Assembly (NCBI GenBank): GCA_036229005.1
Contig: JAZAMN010000031.1
Coordinates: 1-64,000, forward strand
Direction: 5' to 3'
DNA: 64,000 nucleotides
Source: Myxococcota bacterium
Lineage (GTDB): Bacteria; Myxococcota_A; UBA796; CAJQPC01
Both the position numbers and the translations under genes were made by a program. The notes beneath the pieces were generated by a model. The model did not search any database. It saw only the letters and a program-made list of their open reading frames with translations, and had not been told where the DNA came from. This document shows, piece after piece, positions 17,631-30,890 of the stretch (position 1 is its first letter; each line of letters begins with the position of its first letter).

Positions 17631-19454
17631 ATGCGCTGGCGTGTACTGGCTTCGACCCTGCTGCTGAGCGTCTGTCTGGGCTCCCTGGACAGCGCGCAGG
17701 CCCAGGGACCCTACTCCCTCCGAGCCGTGGTCGGCGCGCCCGCCCCCGATCAGCTCGTGCTGAGCCCCGATGGCGGCCTGCTCGTCAGCGCCGGACAGGA
17801 CGATCTCCTGCGCCTCTATGACGCGCGCACGCTGAGCCTGATCCGCAGCTTCGGGCACCGCGGCGCCGCGGTCGAGCGCGTCGCCCTGCAAGGGGGGACG
17901 ATCTACGCCGGGGACGCTGACGGGGTCACGGTGGCCTGGGACCTGGATGGCTCACCGCTCTACGAACTCCCGGGGAACGGACGCCCGATCATCGCTCTGG
18001 CCGCAGACGAGGACACGCTGGCCGTTGGCGCACTGCATGGCCCCCTGATGCTGCTGGATGCGCACAGCGGCCGCCCCCTGGCGCGCGTGGACGCCCCGGC
18101 GGAGTGGATGGCCCGGGCGGCCTTTGACCTGCCGCGCAAGCGCGCCGTGAGCACCGGAGAAGACGGCGACCTGCACCTGTGGGATCTGGAGCGCGGTCTG
18201 CGCGTGCGGGTGCTAAAGGTGGGCGGCGTGGAGACCACCCAGCTCGCGTTCTCACCGGACGGCCGGCTGGTCGCGGGCGGAGACTGGGACGGGCACGTGC
18301 GCGTCTGGGAGGTGGAGACCGGCGCGCTGCTGCACACCCTGGCCGGCGTGGGCGACACCGGCGGCCTGAGCTTCTCCGCAGACAGCCAGCGGCTCTACAC
18401 CCGCGGCGCGGACGACACCCCCGTGGAGTGGAGCCTCCAGGGTGGGGAGCGGCGGGGCTTCCCGGTGGTGCCCCAGTGGACCGGGCTGCCCCCCGAGGAG
18501 GCCTCCGAGGCCCGAGAGCGCGCCCTGAATGCGCGGGCCGACGCCGCCCTGCGCGCCGACACCCTGGTCACCGGCTGGGGCAGCACGCTGCGGAGCTGGC
18601 AGGTGGACGGCGCCGAGCTGCGCGCCCGCCACGACACGGGGCTGGCCGCCATCACGGAGGTCGCGGTCTCCCCGGACGGCTCCTTCGTCGCGGCGGCCGA
18701 CACCCAGGGGCGGATCCGGGTCCTGCGCAGCAGCGATGGCGCCCTGATGGCCCAGCTCCTGCTCCCGGAGGGCCCCGCGCAGGGCATCTCCTGGCGGCCG
18801 GACAACCTGGCCATCGCCGTGGCCGGTCCGGACCGCCTGGTGCGCGTGTGGGTGCCCCTCTCCGGCGAGCCGGCCGAGGTGCTGTTCGGTCACGAGGCGC
18901 CTGTGCAGGACCTCGCCTGGGCCAACAGTCAAAGGCTGTGGTCAGGGGACAGCGGCGGCGCGGTGCACCAATGGGACCCGGCCACGCGTCAGAGCCTCTC
19001 CTCCCTGGAAGCCCCCCACCCCATCGAGACCCTGGAGGTGAGCCCCACCGGTCAGCTCCTGCTGTGGAGCCCCGCCGGGCAGGTCACGCGCATGGGCCTG
19101 GATGGGACGGTGATGGTCGTCGCTGCGAGCGAGGGTGAGTTCGGCGCGTGGGGCCCCGGCGGCGGGAGCTGGCTGAACGTGCAGGAGCAGTGGATGGAGC
19201 GCCTGGGGGCGAGCGGCTCGCTGCAGCTCTCCAGCGGCGTGGCCATCGTCCCGACGGCCGTCGACTGGGAGCGCGGACAGGTGGTGGCCGGGACCAACGC
19301 CGGCTCCGTGGTGCTGCTGGATCCCCAAGACCTGAGCCTGCAGCAGAGCCTGCGCGGGCAGTCGCAGGCGGTCTCGAGCGTCTCCCTGAGCCAGGACAGC
19401 AGCGTGCTCGCGGCCGGCTCCAAGGACGGAACGGTCCGCATCTGGTCGCACTGA
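17631..19454 (+). CDS. Exported WD40-repeat (double beta-propeller) protein
   Basis: Signal peptide (AQA) and repeated FSPDG..GDWDGHVRVWE / GHEAPV / GSKDGTVRIW motifs. Confidence 0.9.
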   Translation: MRWRVLASTLLLSVCLGSLDSAQAQGPYSLRAVVGAPAPDQLVLSPDGGLLVSAGQDDLLRLYDARTLSLIRSFGHRGAAVERVALQGGTIYAGDADGVTVAWDLDGSPLYELPGNGRPIIALAADEDTLAVGALHGPLMLLDAHSGRPLARVDAPAEWMARAAFDLPRKRAVSTGEDGDLHLWDLERGLRVRVLKVGGVETTQLAFSPDGRLVAGGDWDGHVRVWEVETGALLHTLAGVGDTGGLSFSADSQRLYTRGADDTPVEWSLQGGERRGFPVVPQWTGLPPEEASEARERALNARADAALRADTLVTGWGSTLRSWQVDGAELRARHDTGLAAITEVAVSPDGSFVAAADTQGRIRVLRSSDGALMAQLLLPEGPAQGISWRPDNLAIAVAGPDRLVRVWVPLSGEPAEVLFGHEAPVQDLAWANSQRLWSGDSGGAVHQWDPATRQSLSSLEAPHPIETLEVSPTGQLLLWSPAGQVTRMGLDGTVMVVAASEGEFGAWGPGGGSWLNVQEQWMERLGASGSLQLSSGVAIVPTAVDWERGQVVAGTNAGSVVLLDPQDLSLQQSLRGQSQAVSSVSLSQDSSVLAAGSKDGTVRIWSH

Positions 19455-19463
19455 GCGGGGGCG

Positions 19464-22400
19464 CTACTCCAGGGCCCGGGCGGCGTCCTGGACCTCGGGC
19501 TGGTCGCCGTAGTCGCTGAGGAGGGTGTCCAGCAGCGCCTGGGCGGCGGCGTGGTCTCCGAGCGCCTGGAGGGCCCGTGCCTTGCCGAGCAGCGCGCGCG
19601 CCTCCCAGCCCCGCTCCGGTCCGACGGCGAGCAGGGACTCGTAGGCGTCGAGGGCGGCTGCGGGGTCCTCCTGGCCCAGCGCGAGGTCCCCCAGTCCGAG
19701 CCAGGCCTGGGCCTGCAGGTCGCCTTGGGCGCCGGCGTCGAGCGCTGAGCGCCACGCATCCTGGGCGGCGGCGATGTCCCCGCTGTTCAGGTGCACCTGG
19801 ACCTGCTGTTGGAGGACCGTGGCGGCCCACGCCTCACCGAGCTCCAGCGCGCGGGCCTCGTCGACATAGGCCATGGCCTTGCGCGCGCTCCCCCGCTCCA
19901 GCTCGATGGCGGACAGGCCCAGCGCGGCCTGCAGGCGCAGCTCGGGGTCGGGGTCTTGGCGCAGGGCGAGCAGCCTGTCCTCGCTGGCGTCCAGATCGCC
20001 TTGATCGACGAGGATCATGGCGGCCTGGAGGGTGGACCAGCTCGCCAGAGAGGGGTCCTCAGCCGTCCTCGCCACCTGCTCATAGAGGCCCCGGGCGGCC
20101 TCCAGCTCCCCGGCGTCGCGCGCGAGCTCAGCCAACCCCATGCGAGCGGTGGATTGAGCCTCGGTGTGGGCGGGGTGCTCGATGAGGAGGGCCTTGTAGG
20201 TGGCTCTGGCCTGCGCGCTGTCGCCGCGCTCCAGGTGGGTGGCGGCGAGCTGGGTGAGGCGCTGCACTTCGAGCCCGGGGTCCTGGGGGGAGAGGGCCTG
20301 GTAGCGGACCAGCGCGGCGTCGGGGTCCCCCTCGATGCGGTCCACCTGCGCGAGGCCCATGACGGACTGGAAGCGCGCCTCGGGCTGGTCGGCGAACTCG
20401 GCGCCGAGCTGGGTGAAGGCGGCCCGGGCGGCCTGGAGGTCTCCGCTGCGCACGAGGATCCAGCCGCGCTGCTCGGCCACCAAGGCGGCGGTGGCGCGGT
20501 CCGGGACGGGGATGTCCTCCAGCGCCTGGAGGGCCCCGGGGAAGTCCCACTCGTCGGCGAGGGCGGTAGCGGCGGCGAGCCCCTGGGACAGCGGGTCCTG
20601 GTCGAGGGAGGGATCCTCCTGTACGACCGGCTCGGGCACACCGCGCAGCACCCGGTCCACGCGGGCGAGGCCCTCCTGGACCACCTCCACCTCACTGGGA
20701 GGCAGCTCGGGGTCGGCGAGGAGCGACTGGTAGCGGGCCATCGCAGACGCGGGGGCACCCAGGACCTCGTCGATCTCCGCGAGGCCGATCTGCTGCCAGG
20801 CGCGCTGGGTGGGGGTCTGGGGCTGGGCCTTGGCGAGCTCGGCGGCGGCGGCGGCCTCCTGACCCTGCTGGCGGAGGAGGTTGGCCACGGCGAAGCGGGC
20901 GTCGAAGGCGCCGCTGTGTCCGGGGGGGAGGCTGCGGAGGTGGGCGCGCCAGGCCTCCAGGGCGGCCTGAGGGTCCCCCGACTCCAACAGGTTGCCGGCC
21001 AGCGCGTCGAGGGCCTGGGAGCGCAGCGCGGGGTCCTGGGAGCGGGCGATGACGGCCTGGTAGCCCCCGCGGGCCTGCTCCAGGGCGCCCTGGGCCTCCA
21101 GCACCTGGGCCAGCCCGAGCTGGGCGCGCAGGTCGATCTCGGAGCCGGGGCTGACCTCGGCCTGGAGGGTGGTGAAGGCGCGCTCGGCCTCCTGCAGGCG
21201 ACCTCCGGCGAGCAGGGCCTCGCCGATGCGGGCGTCGAGCTCGGGGAGCTGCTCCGCACCAGCCTGGGCGCGGGCGGCGCGGAGGGCCCGGATGGCCCCC
21301 TCGGTCTGGTCCTTGTAGAGGCGCAGGTCGGCGAGCTGGAGCTGGGCGGCGAGCTGGACGTCGGGGCCGGGCTCCAGGCTGAGGACGCGCTGGATGCGGG
21401 CCTCGGCGGTGTCGGGCTGCTCGCGGGCCATCGAGAGCAGCAGCCAGCTCGCGGCGTCCCGGTCCCCGGCGTCAAGGCGGGCGGCGACCAGGGCCTCCTG
21501 CTCCGCTGGGTCCAGGGTCGCGGCCAAGGAGAGCTCGGCGGCGCGCAGGGCCTCGCGGTTGTCGGCGTGCTCCGCGAGCACCTGCAGCAAGTAGGGGGTG
21601 GGGTCCTGGCGCTGCAGCTCGGCGAGCTCGGCCCGGAGCAGGAGGGCCCGGGCGGTGACGCCGGCGTGGGCCCCCTGGGTGAGGAGGGCGTCGAGCTGCT
21701 GCTGGGCGGCGTCCAGGTCCCCGAGCTGCAGGTGGGCCTGGGCGAGCTGCAGGCGGAGTGCGCCGTCCTCCAGGCGCCAGGGGCGGCCTTCGAGCGCGGC
21801 GGACCAGGCCTGCAGAGCGGCCTGGAGGTCGCCAGAGGCCGCGTTGACCTCGCCGGTGGCCACGAGGACTGCGCGCTGCTGGGCGGGATCCAGGTCGTAG
21901 AGGTGGGCCAACCAGTCCAGGGCCGCCTGGGTCTCCCCTCGAGCCCCCAGAGCCTTGGCCGCGGCGACGCTCACGTCCACCTGGCGCCCGGAGTTCCCGG
22001 CGCTCTGCTCCAGGAAGCGCTGGCGGGCGGGGACGCCGTGACGCTCGAGCTCCAGCAGGGCGGCGGCGACGGCGCTGGGAGGGGCCCCCAGCAGCTCAGT
22101 GATGTCGGTCCAGCGGGTGATTGCCTGGTCCAACTGGCCTTGGCTGGCCTCGATGCGGGCGAGGCGGGCCTGGGTCTCCGCCTGCTCCTCGGGGCTCTCG
22201 GCCAGGGCCAGGGCCTGCTCGAAGCGCTCCACCGCGGCCGCCTGCTCCCCCTGGCGCTCCAGGAGGCTGGCCTGCTCCATGCGGTACATCCAGGCCTCGG
22301 CGGGGGTGGAGGCCTGCGCGGCGAGCTGCTCCCAGCGCTCCAGGGCGGTGCGCTGATCTCCGGACTGCAGGGCTTGGGTGGCCTCGCTCTCCAGGGTCTC

Positions 22401-25400
22401 GGCGCTGCGGTCGGCGAGCTGGGTGGCCAGGAAGCCCACGACACCGAGGCCGGCGAGCAGCGCGACGCCCCCGGCGAGCTTGGGCAGGGGGATGCGGGGG
22501 AGCTCCGGGAGGCGCGCCAGGCCCAGGTCGACGCCCTGCTCGGAGAGGGCCGCCCGGGTGGCCGAGGACAGGCCCAGGGCACCGGAGAGCTCAGCGCCCC
22601 GAAGCTGCGCCCCCAGCAGGCTGCTGCCGGAGAGGTCGGCCTGATCCAGCCGGGCCTCACGCAGGTCGACGCCCTCGAAGCTCAGGTCCATCAGGCGGGC
22701 GGCGATGAGCTCGGCCCCCCGGAAGCTGGCCCCCACCATCAGGCAATCCTCCACCCGCACACCCAGCGCACGGGTCTCCATCAGCGAGGCGCGGCGCAGG
22801 TCGCAGCCATAGAAGCGGGCGTCCTCCAGCTCGGCGCCCTGGAGCTTGGACTCCTGCAGGTCCACCTCTTCGAGCCTGGCGCCCCGGAGGCGGGCTCCCT
22901 GGAGCTGAGCGCCGCGGAGCTTGAGGCCCCTCAGGCGCATGCCCTCCAGGCGGGCACCGCGCAGATCCGCGCCGCTGAGGTCCAGGCCTTCGAGCCGGGC
23001 GCGGCGCAGATCCAGGCCGCTGAGATCCACCCCCGGGACCAGCTCGGGGAGCGCCGGTCCCTGGCGCCGGGCCTTGAGCGCCTGTACGAGGCCACCCAAG
23101 GCGCCCAGCGCCTGTCTCCAGGTCTCCTCGCGCTCCGGCTCAGGGTCCGGTTCACTGGCCTCGACCGCTCGAGCGGCGATCTCGGCCTCCCGGGCAGCAG
23201 CTTCGGCCTCTCGGGCGGCTTCGGCGGCCTTGGCCTCTCGGGCAGCAGCCTCAGCCTCTCGGGCACGCTGCTCGGCCTGCTCGCGGGCCCACTCCTGCTC
23301 GGCTGCCTGACGGGCTCGGGCGATCTTCTCGCGCAGCGCCTCGGCCTCGGCCTCCAGCTCGGCCTGCCGAGCCCGATCCGCAGCCTCCTGGCGGGCCTGG
23401 GCCTCCAGCGCCTGGAGGGCCGCCTCCTCGCGCGCCCGCTCCCGCTCCGCCTGCTCCCGCCGCACGCGCTCCTGCTCGGCCGCGGCGCGCTCCGCCCGCT
23501 CGCGGGCCTCCCGCTCGGCCCGCGCCTGCGCCTCCTGCGCTTCGCGCTCGGCCCGCGCCTGGGCCGCCTTCGCTTCGCGCTCGGCCCGCGCCTGCGCCTG
23601 CCGCGTCGCCCGCTCCGCACGGGCCGCGCGCTCCGCCTTCCAGTCCTCCACGCCGAGCGCGAGCGCGTCGGCCAAGGCGCCGCCGACCGACGCCCCAGCG
23701 CCGCGGAGGGCCACGCGCTGCGCGCGGTCCAGGCCACGCGCGCTCCCCAGCTCCGCGCCTTGGAGTCGCCCCCCAAGCAGCGTGGTCCCTCCGAGCGCAG
23801 CGGCCTGTAGCTGCGCTTCGCGCAGGTCCACCCCGGAGAGGTCCAGCCCTTCAAGCCTGGCGCCGCGCAGGTCGGCCTCGCGGAGGCTGAGGCCACCGAG
23901 CGCGCCCCCCTCGATGCTGAGCCCTTGCGCCTGCGCGCGCTCCAGCGACGCGCCCTCCAGGCGACACCCCTTGAGCAGCGCGTCCTCCAAGTGCGCGCCC
24001 CTCAGGCGCGCCGAGGTCAGGTCCACCTGATGCAGCTCCGCGCCGTTGAGCCAGGCTCCCCGCAGGTCGGCCCCCGCCAGTGAGCCACGCCGCAGCGTGA
24101 CGGCGCGCAGGTCTGCGTCCCGCAGGTCCGCGCCGGCCAGGTTCAGGTCCTCCAGGCGCTGACCGCGCAGGGACACCCCCCGCAGCTCCGCGCCGGGGCG
24201 CAGGCGCTCGGGCGCGGGGACCGCCCCCCGCCGAGGCCCCAGCCGATCCGGGAGGGGGCCGGGGAGCTTGAGCGTGGAGAGGCTGGAGTCGAGCTGGGAG
24301 GCCCGCTCCGACAGGGCCTGCGCGCCACCGCGCAGCCAGCTCAGCAGGGCCTGGGCCCCCTCCGCTGCGACCTCGAGTTCGTCATCGGCCAGGGGGCTGT
24401 CATGACCGCGCCGCAGGGCCTGGACCTGCGCAGGCCGCAGGTTGAAGACACCCTCCAGCTCCGAGAGCCCCAGCTTCGCGCCGGCCAGCGAGGCATCCGC
24501 GAGGTCCGCACCGGCGAGCGAGGCCCCGCGCAGGTCCACCCCCGCCAGGTCCAGGCCGCGCAGGTCCGCGTCCCGCAGCTCGGCGTCCCGGAGCTCAGCG
24601 CCGGCCAGCCGCGCCCCACGCAGGCGCACACCGCTGGCCTTGGCGCCAAACAGGCGCGCGCCGCGCAGATCCGCCCCCTCCAGGCGCGCGTCCTCCAGGC
24701 GCAGGCCGCGGCCGCGGAGTCCGCGCAGGGAGGCCTCCTCCAGGCGAACGCGGCGCAGGTCGGCGCCCCCGAGTCGCGCCCCGTCGAGCACGGCACCCCG
24801 CAGGTCAGCGCGGCTGAGCAGGGCCTCGCGCAGGTCGGCCTCCCGCAGGTCGACGCCGCGCAGGTCCCGGCCCCGGAGGTCGGCACCGCGGAGCGCGGCC
24901 CCGGGGCCAAGCTCGGGCTGCGGCAGCCTGTCCTCGCTGGCGGCCGGATCTGGTTCAGGAGATTCTGGGGCCGGGGTGTCGGGCGGTGGGGGCGCGGGCT
25001 GGTGAAGGCCCAGCTCCCTCCTCTGCTCCTCACTCAGGCGACCGCGAGGCAGCCGAACGCCGTCCAGGGAGAGGCCCTGCAGGTCCGCGCCGTCCAGCAG
25101 CACCCGGTTCAGGCGAGCCCCCACCAGCTCCGCGCCGCTGAGCCTGGCCCCGCGGAGGTCGGCGCCCTCCAGCCCCGCCCGGGAGAGTCGAGCGTCCCGG
25201 AGGTCCGCGTCCCGCAGCTCGGCCCCGTCCAGGCTGATGCGGGTGCCCTGGAGACCGCGAAGGTCCGCGCCCCTCAGGCGGCTGTACTCCAAGCGCGCCT
25301 GGGATGCGTCGGCGCCCCGCAGGTCGGCCCCGGAGAGCTCGGACTCGGCCAAGAATGCGCCCTGGAGTGAGGCGCCTGTCAGAGACACCCCGCGCAGGTC

Positions 25401-25688
25401 ACAGCCGGCGGCGCGCAGGCGGTTCAGGCGGGCCTGACCCAGGTCAGCGGAGCGCAGGGAGCAGGACTCCAGCTCGGCCTCGCGCAAATCTGCAGATTGA
25501 AGATTCGCGCTATCCAGACGCACGCGCACCAGGGTGGCCCTGCGCAGGTCGACCCCGCTGAGATCGCGCCCGGAGAGGTCCGCATCCTGGATGCGCACAC
25601 CCCTCAGATCCGCCCCGCACAGGGGCATCTCGGCCAGCTTCTGCTGCCCGATTCGGCGTCCGAGCAGGGAGGAGGGAGACGGGGCCAT
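19464..25688 (-). CDS. Giant pentapeptide-repeat / coiled-coil / TM / TPR protein (~2070 aa)
   Basis: Four blocks of A(D/E)LxG-type pentapeptide repeats, an E/R/A coiled coil, one TM (LAGGVALLAGLGVVGFLA) and then about 950 aa of TPR-like helices. Confidence 0.88.
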   Translation of the reverse strand: MAPSPSSLLGRRIGQQKLAEMPLCGADLRGVRIQDADLSGRDLSGVDLRRATLVRVRLDSANLQSADLREAELESCSLRSADLGQARLNRLRAAGCDLRGVSLTGASLQGAFLAESELSGADLRGADASQARLEYSRLRGADLRGLQGTRISLDGAELRDADLRDARLSRAGLEGADLRGARLSGAELVGARLNRVLLDGADLQGLSLDGVRLPRGRLSEEQRRELGLHQPAPPPPDTPAPESPEPDPAASEDRLPQPELGPGAALRGADLRGRDLRGVDLREADLREALLSRADLRGAVLDGARLGGADLRRVRLEEASLRGLRGRGLRLEDARLEGADLRGARLFGAKASGVRLRGARLAGAELRDAELRDADLRGLDLAGVDLRGASLAGADLADASLAGAKLGLSELEGVFNLRPAQVQALRRGHDSPLADDELEVAAEGAQALLSWLRGGAQALSERASQLDSSLSTLKLPGPLPDRLGPRRGAVPAPERLRPGAELRGVSLRGQRLEDLNLAGADLRDADLRAVTLRRGSLAGADLRGAWLNGAELHQVDLTSARLRGAHLEDALLKGCRLEGASLERAQAQGLSIEGGALGGLSLREADLRGARLEGLDLSGVDLREAQLQAAALGGTTLLGGRLQGAELGSARGLDRAQRVALRGAGASVGGALADALALGVEDWKAERAARAERATRQAQARAEREAKAAQARAEREAQEAQARAEREARERAERAAAEQERVRREQAERERAREEAALQALEAQARQEAADRARQAELEAEAEALREKIARARQAAEQEWAREQAEQRAREAEAAAREAKAAEAAREAEAAAREAEIAARAVEASEPDPEPEREETWRQALGALGGLVQALKARRQGPALPELVPGVDLSGLDLRRARLEGLDLSGADLRGARLEGMRLRGLKLRGAQLQGARLRGARLEEVDLQESKLQGAELEDARFYGCDLRRASLMETRALGVRVEDCLMVGASFRGAELIAARLMDLSFEGVDLREARLDQADLSGSSLLGAQLRGAELSGALGLSSATRAALSEQGVDLGLARLPELPRIPLPKLAGGVALLAGLGVVGFLATQLADRSAETLESEATQALQSGDQRTALERWEQLAAQASTPAEAWMYRMEQASLLERQGEQAAAVERFEQALALAESPEEQAETQARLARIEASQGQLDQAITRWTDITELLGAPPSAVAAALLELERHGVPARQRFLEQSAGNSGRQVDVSVAAAKALGARGETQAALDWLAHLYDLDPAQQRAVLVATGEVNAASGDLQAALQAWSAALEGRPWRLEDGALRLQLAQAHLQLGDLDAAQQQLDALLTQGAHAGVTARALLLRAELAELQRQDPTPYLLQVLAEHADNREALRAAELSLAATLDPAEQEALVAARLDAGDRDAASWLLLSMAREQPDTAEARIQRVLSLEPGPDVQLAAQLQLADLRLYKDQTEGAIRALRAARAQAGAEQLPELDARIGEALLAGGRLQEAERAFTTLQAEVSPGSEIDLRAQLGLAQVLEAQGALEQARGGYQAVIARSQDPALRSQALDALAGNLLESGDPQAALEAWRAHLRSLPPGHSGAFDARFAVANLLRQQGQEAAAAAELAKAQPQTPTQRAWQQIGLAEIDEVLGAPASAMARYQSLLADPELPPSEVEVVQEGLARVDRVLRGVPEPVVQEDPSLDQDPLSQGLAAATALADEWDFPGALQALEDIPVPDRATAALVAEQRGWILVRSGDLQAARAAFTQLGAEFADQPEARFQSVMGLAQVDRIEGDPDAALVRYQALSPQDPGLEVQRLTQLAATHLERGDSAQARATYKALLIEHPAHTEAQSTARMGLAELARDAGELEAARGLYEQVARTAEDPSLASWSTLQAAMILVDQGDLDASEDRLLALRQDPDPELRLQAALGLSAIELERGSARKAMAYVDEARALELGEAWAATVLQQQVQVHLNSGDIAAAQDAWRSALDAGAQGDLQAQAWLGLGDLALGQEDPAAALDAYESLLAVGPERGWEARALLGKARALQALGDHAAAQALLDTLLSDYGDQPEVQDAARALE

Positions 25689-25778
25689 GAGGGGATGATA
25701 CCGGGGGCGGCCGCTTGGCACGGCGCTTGCTCTCCATGGGGGTCCCCCTCACTCGGAGCGCACCAAGGACAAGGAACC

Positions 25779-25807
25779 TTGACCTGACAAGGGCGCCACC
25801 CTACTGT
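25779..25807 (+). promoter_or_regulatory. Candidate sigma70 promoter for murA-dnaG-rpoD
   Basis: TTGACC-17 bp-TACTGT, about 95 bp upstream of the murA ATG. Confidence 0.45.
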
Positions 25808-25900
25808 GGCGCTCCCCCCCTGGGTCTCGTTCGCAGACCCGCCCCCAGGTCAGGCCCCCGAACTCCACCGCCTGCCCTCCCCTCTCTGGAGTCTCAGCAC

Positions 25901-27214
<1,314 letters not shown>

Positions 27215-27270
27215 GCCCCGCGGCGGCGATCCACTTGGGCCGCCGCCGCCGCACCCAATAAGGGCACCCC

Positions 27271-29052
27271 ATGCCCGAGATACCCCGCCCCGTCATCGAG
27301 GAGATCCGCGCCCGGACGGACCTGGTGGACCTCATCGGGCGCTACGTGACCCTCAAGGCAAAGGGCGGGTCCTACCTGGGTTTGTGCCCCTTCCACCAGG
27401 AGAAGACGCCCAGCTTCAACGTGGTGCCCTCCAAGGGCATCTACCACTGCTTTGGCTGCGGTGAGGGCGGGGACGCCTTCAAGTTCCTGATGAAGCACCA
27501 GGGCCTCTCTTTCGTCGAGGCGGTCAAGGAGCTCGCCGGCCCCGCCGGGGTCACCATCGAAGAGCGGGCCCTCAGCCCCCAGGAGCGCGCAGCTCTGGCC
27601 CGAAAAGGAGGGGTCCGAGAGGCTTGTCAGCTCGCGAACGAGTGGTTTCACCGTCAACTCATGACAGCCCCCGGAGCCGAAAAGGCCCGTGAATACCTGC
27701 GAGGACGGGGTCTCGATGAGGCCGCCTGGGAGCGCTTTGGCCTGGGGTTCGCCCCCGACACCTGGACCAGCCTGCTGGACCACCTGCAGGGCAAGGGCGT
27801 CTCCCCCAAGCTGGCGGTGGAGGCTGGCCTGGCCCGCCGGAACGAGCGCACCGGCAGCCACTACGACGCCTTCCGCGGCCGCGTCATCATCCCCATCCTG
27901 GACCAGCGCGACCGGCCCATCGCCTTCGGCGGGCGCATCCTGGAGGGGGACGGCCCCAAGTACATCAACTCGCCGGAGACCGAGCTCTACAGCAAGTCGG
28001 ACACCCTGTACCACCTCTCGGGGGCCCGCAGCGCCATCCAGCGCACCAAGCGGGTCATCCTGGTCGAGGGCTACTTCGACGTCATCTCCATGGTGCTCGC
28101 CGGCTTCGAGGAGACGGTGGCGACCTGTGGGACCGCGCTGACGCCGGGGCACATGAAGGTCCTACGACGCTTGACGGACCGCGCCTATGCCCTCTTCGAC
28201 GCCGACGAGGCCGGCCAGCGCGCCGCCGACAAGAGCCTCCCGCTCTTCCTGGATGCCGGGATGGAGGCCCTGCGCGTCTCCGTCCCCGACGCCAAGGACC
28301 CCGACGAATACCTGCGCACCCACGGCAGCGAGACCTTCGAGGAGCTGATGCTCTCCGCTCGCCCCCTGATGGTGGAGTTCCTGGAGCGCGCCCACCGACG
28401 GACTGGTCTCTCGGCTGGCGGCCGTGAGCGCTCGGTCCGGGAGGCTGTCCCCCTGCTCGGCCGCCTCCAGGGCACCGGGCGGGACCTGGGTATCGTCACC
28501 ACGGCCGGCATCCTGGGCGTCCCCGAGTCCACCCTGCGTCGGGCCGTGGGCGGCAACGCCGGCGAGGTCCCCGCCTACACAGGCGGCCACCACGGCGGCC
28601 GCTGGGTGGGCAACATCGAGCTGAACCACCTGCTCTGGCTGCTGCTCCACTTCCCCGCCCAAGCCGGCGAGGCCCTGGAGGAGGTCGAGGACCCCGAGAT
28701 CGTGTCCGACCGGGAGGACGTCCGCTGGGTCATCGGCCAGCTCCTGGAGGGCGCAGGACTCCCGGAGATCCTTGCCTCTCTGGAAGACGGGGACGTCATC
28801 CGGGTCCTGCAGGCAAGCGCTGCGAAAGAGGGCCTGTACACGGAATCACAGGCCAAGCGCGTCACAGGTCAAATCCTGGACAGGCTCCAGATCCGCGCGA
28901 TCGAAGCCCAGCTTCTGAGCGTGCGCGGCGAGCTTTCTGCTTGCGGACCTACGGCAGACGGGCAAAGGTATCGAAGCCTGTTGGGCCGAAAGGTAGAGCT
29001 TCAGCGCGATCTGCTCGCGCTCAGGAAGCGTCAGCGCTCCCAGAGAAGCTGA
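27271..29052 (+). CDS. dnaG: DNA primase
   Basis: CPFHQEKTPSF..CFGC zinc finger, KYINSPET, VEGYFDV, FDADEAG and KDPDE. Confidence 0.98.
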   Translation: MPEIPRPVIEEIRARTDLVDLIGRYVTLKAKGGSYLGLCPFHQEKTPSFNVVPSKGIYHCFGCGEGGDAFKFLMKHQGLSFVEAVKELAGPAGVTIEERALSPQERAALARKGGVREACQLANEWFHRQLMTAPGAEKAREYLRGRGLDEAAWERFGLGFAPDTWTSLLDHLQGKGVSPKLAVEAGLARRNERTGSHYDAFRGRVIIPILDQRDRPIAFGGRILEGDGPKYINSPETELYSKSDTLYHLSGARSAIQRTKRVILVEGYFDVISMVLAGFEETVATCGTALTPGHMKVLRRLTDRAYALFDADEAGQRAADKSLPLFLDAGMEALRVSVPDAKDPDEYLRTHGSETFEELMLSARPLMVEFLERAHRRTGLSAGGRERSVREAVPLLGRLQGTGRDLGIVTTAGILGVPESTLRRAVGGNAGEVPAYTGGHHGGRWVGNIELNHLLWLLLHFPAQAGEALEEVEDPEIVSDREDVRWVIGQLLEGAGLPEILASLEDGDVIRVLQASAAKEGLYTESQAKRVTGQILDRLQIRAIEAQLLSVRGELSACGPTADGQRYRSLLGRKVELQRDLLALRKRQRSQRS

Positions 29053-29103
29053 GCGGAGAGGCCGCTCTCCAACAGTTACCACAACCCCAGAGCGAGAGTC
29101 ACG

Positions 29104-30816
<1,713 letters not shown>

Positions 30817-30835
30817 GCGCCCGGCTGCTCACCAC

Positions 30836-30863
30836 CAGAGGCCGCCCTTCGGGGTGGCCTCTG
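30836..30863. terminator. Hairpin between the convergent rpoD and tonB-like genes
   Basis: CAGAGGCCGCCC-TTCG-GGGTGGCCTCTG; no U-tract. Confidence 0.7.
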
Positions 30864-30890
30864 CTGCTCTGGAGCCCACTCTGGGGCCCA

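Noticed and set aside
23170..23600. Direct repeats such as CGCTCGGCCCGCGCCTG
   Set aside because: Coding repeats of the AQARAERE coiled-coil linker.
19791..23810. 1339-aa plus-strand ORF
   Set aside because: Antisense shadow of the GC3-biased pentapeptide/TPR gene; no motifs.
22580..25640. 15-bp periodic DNA repeats (CGCAGGTCxGCx) as a CRISPR or non-coding array
   Set aside because: They are the codons of pentapeptide repeats within an ORF; there are no unique spacers or cas genes.
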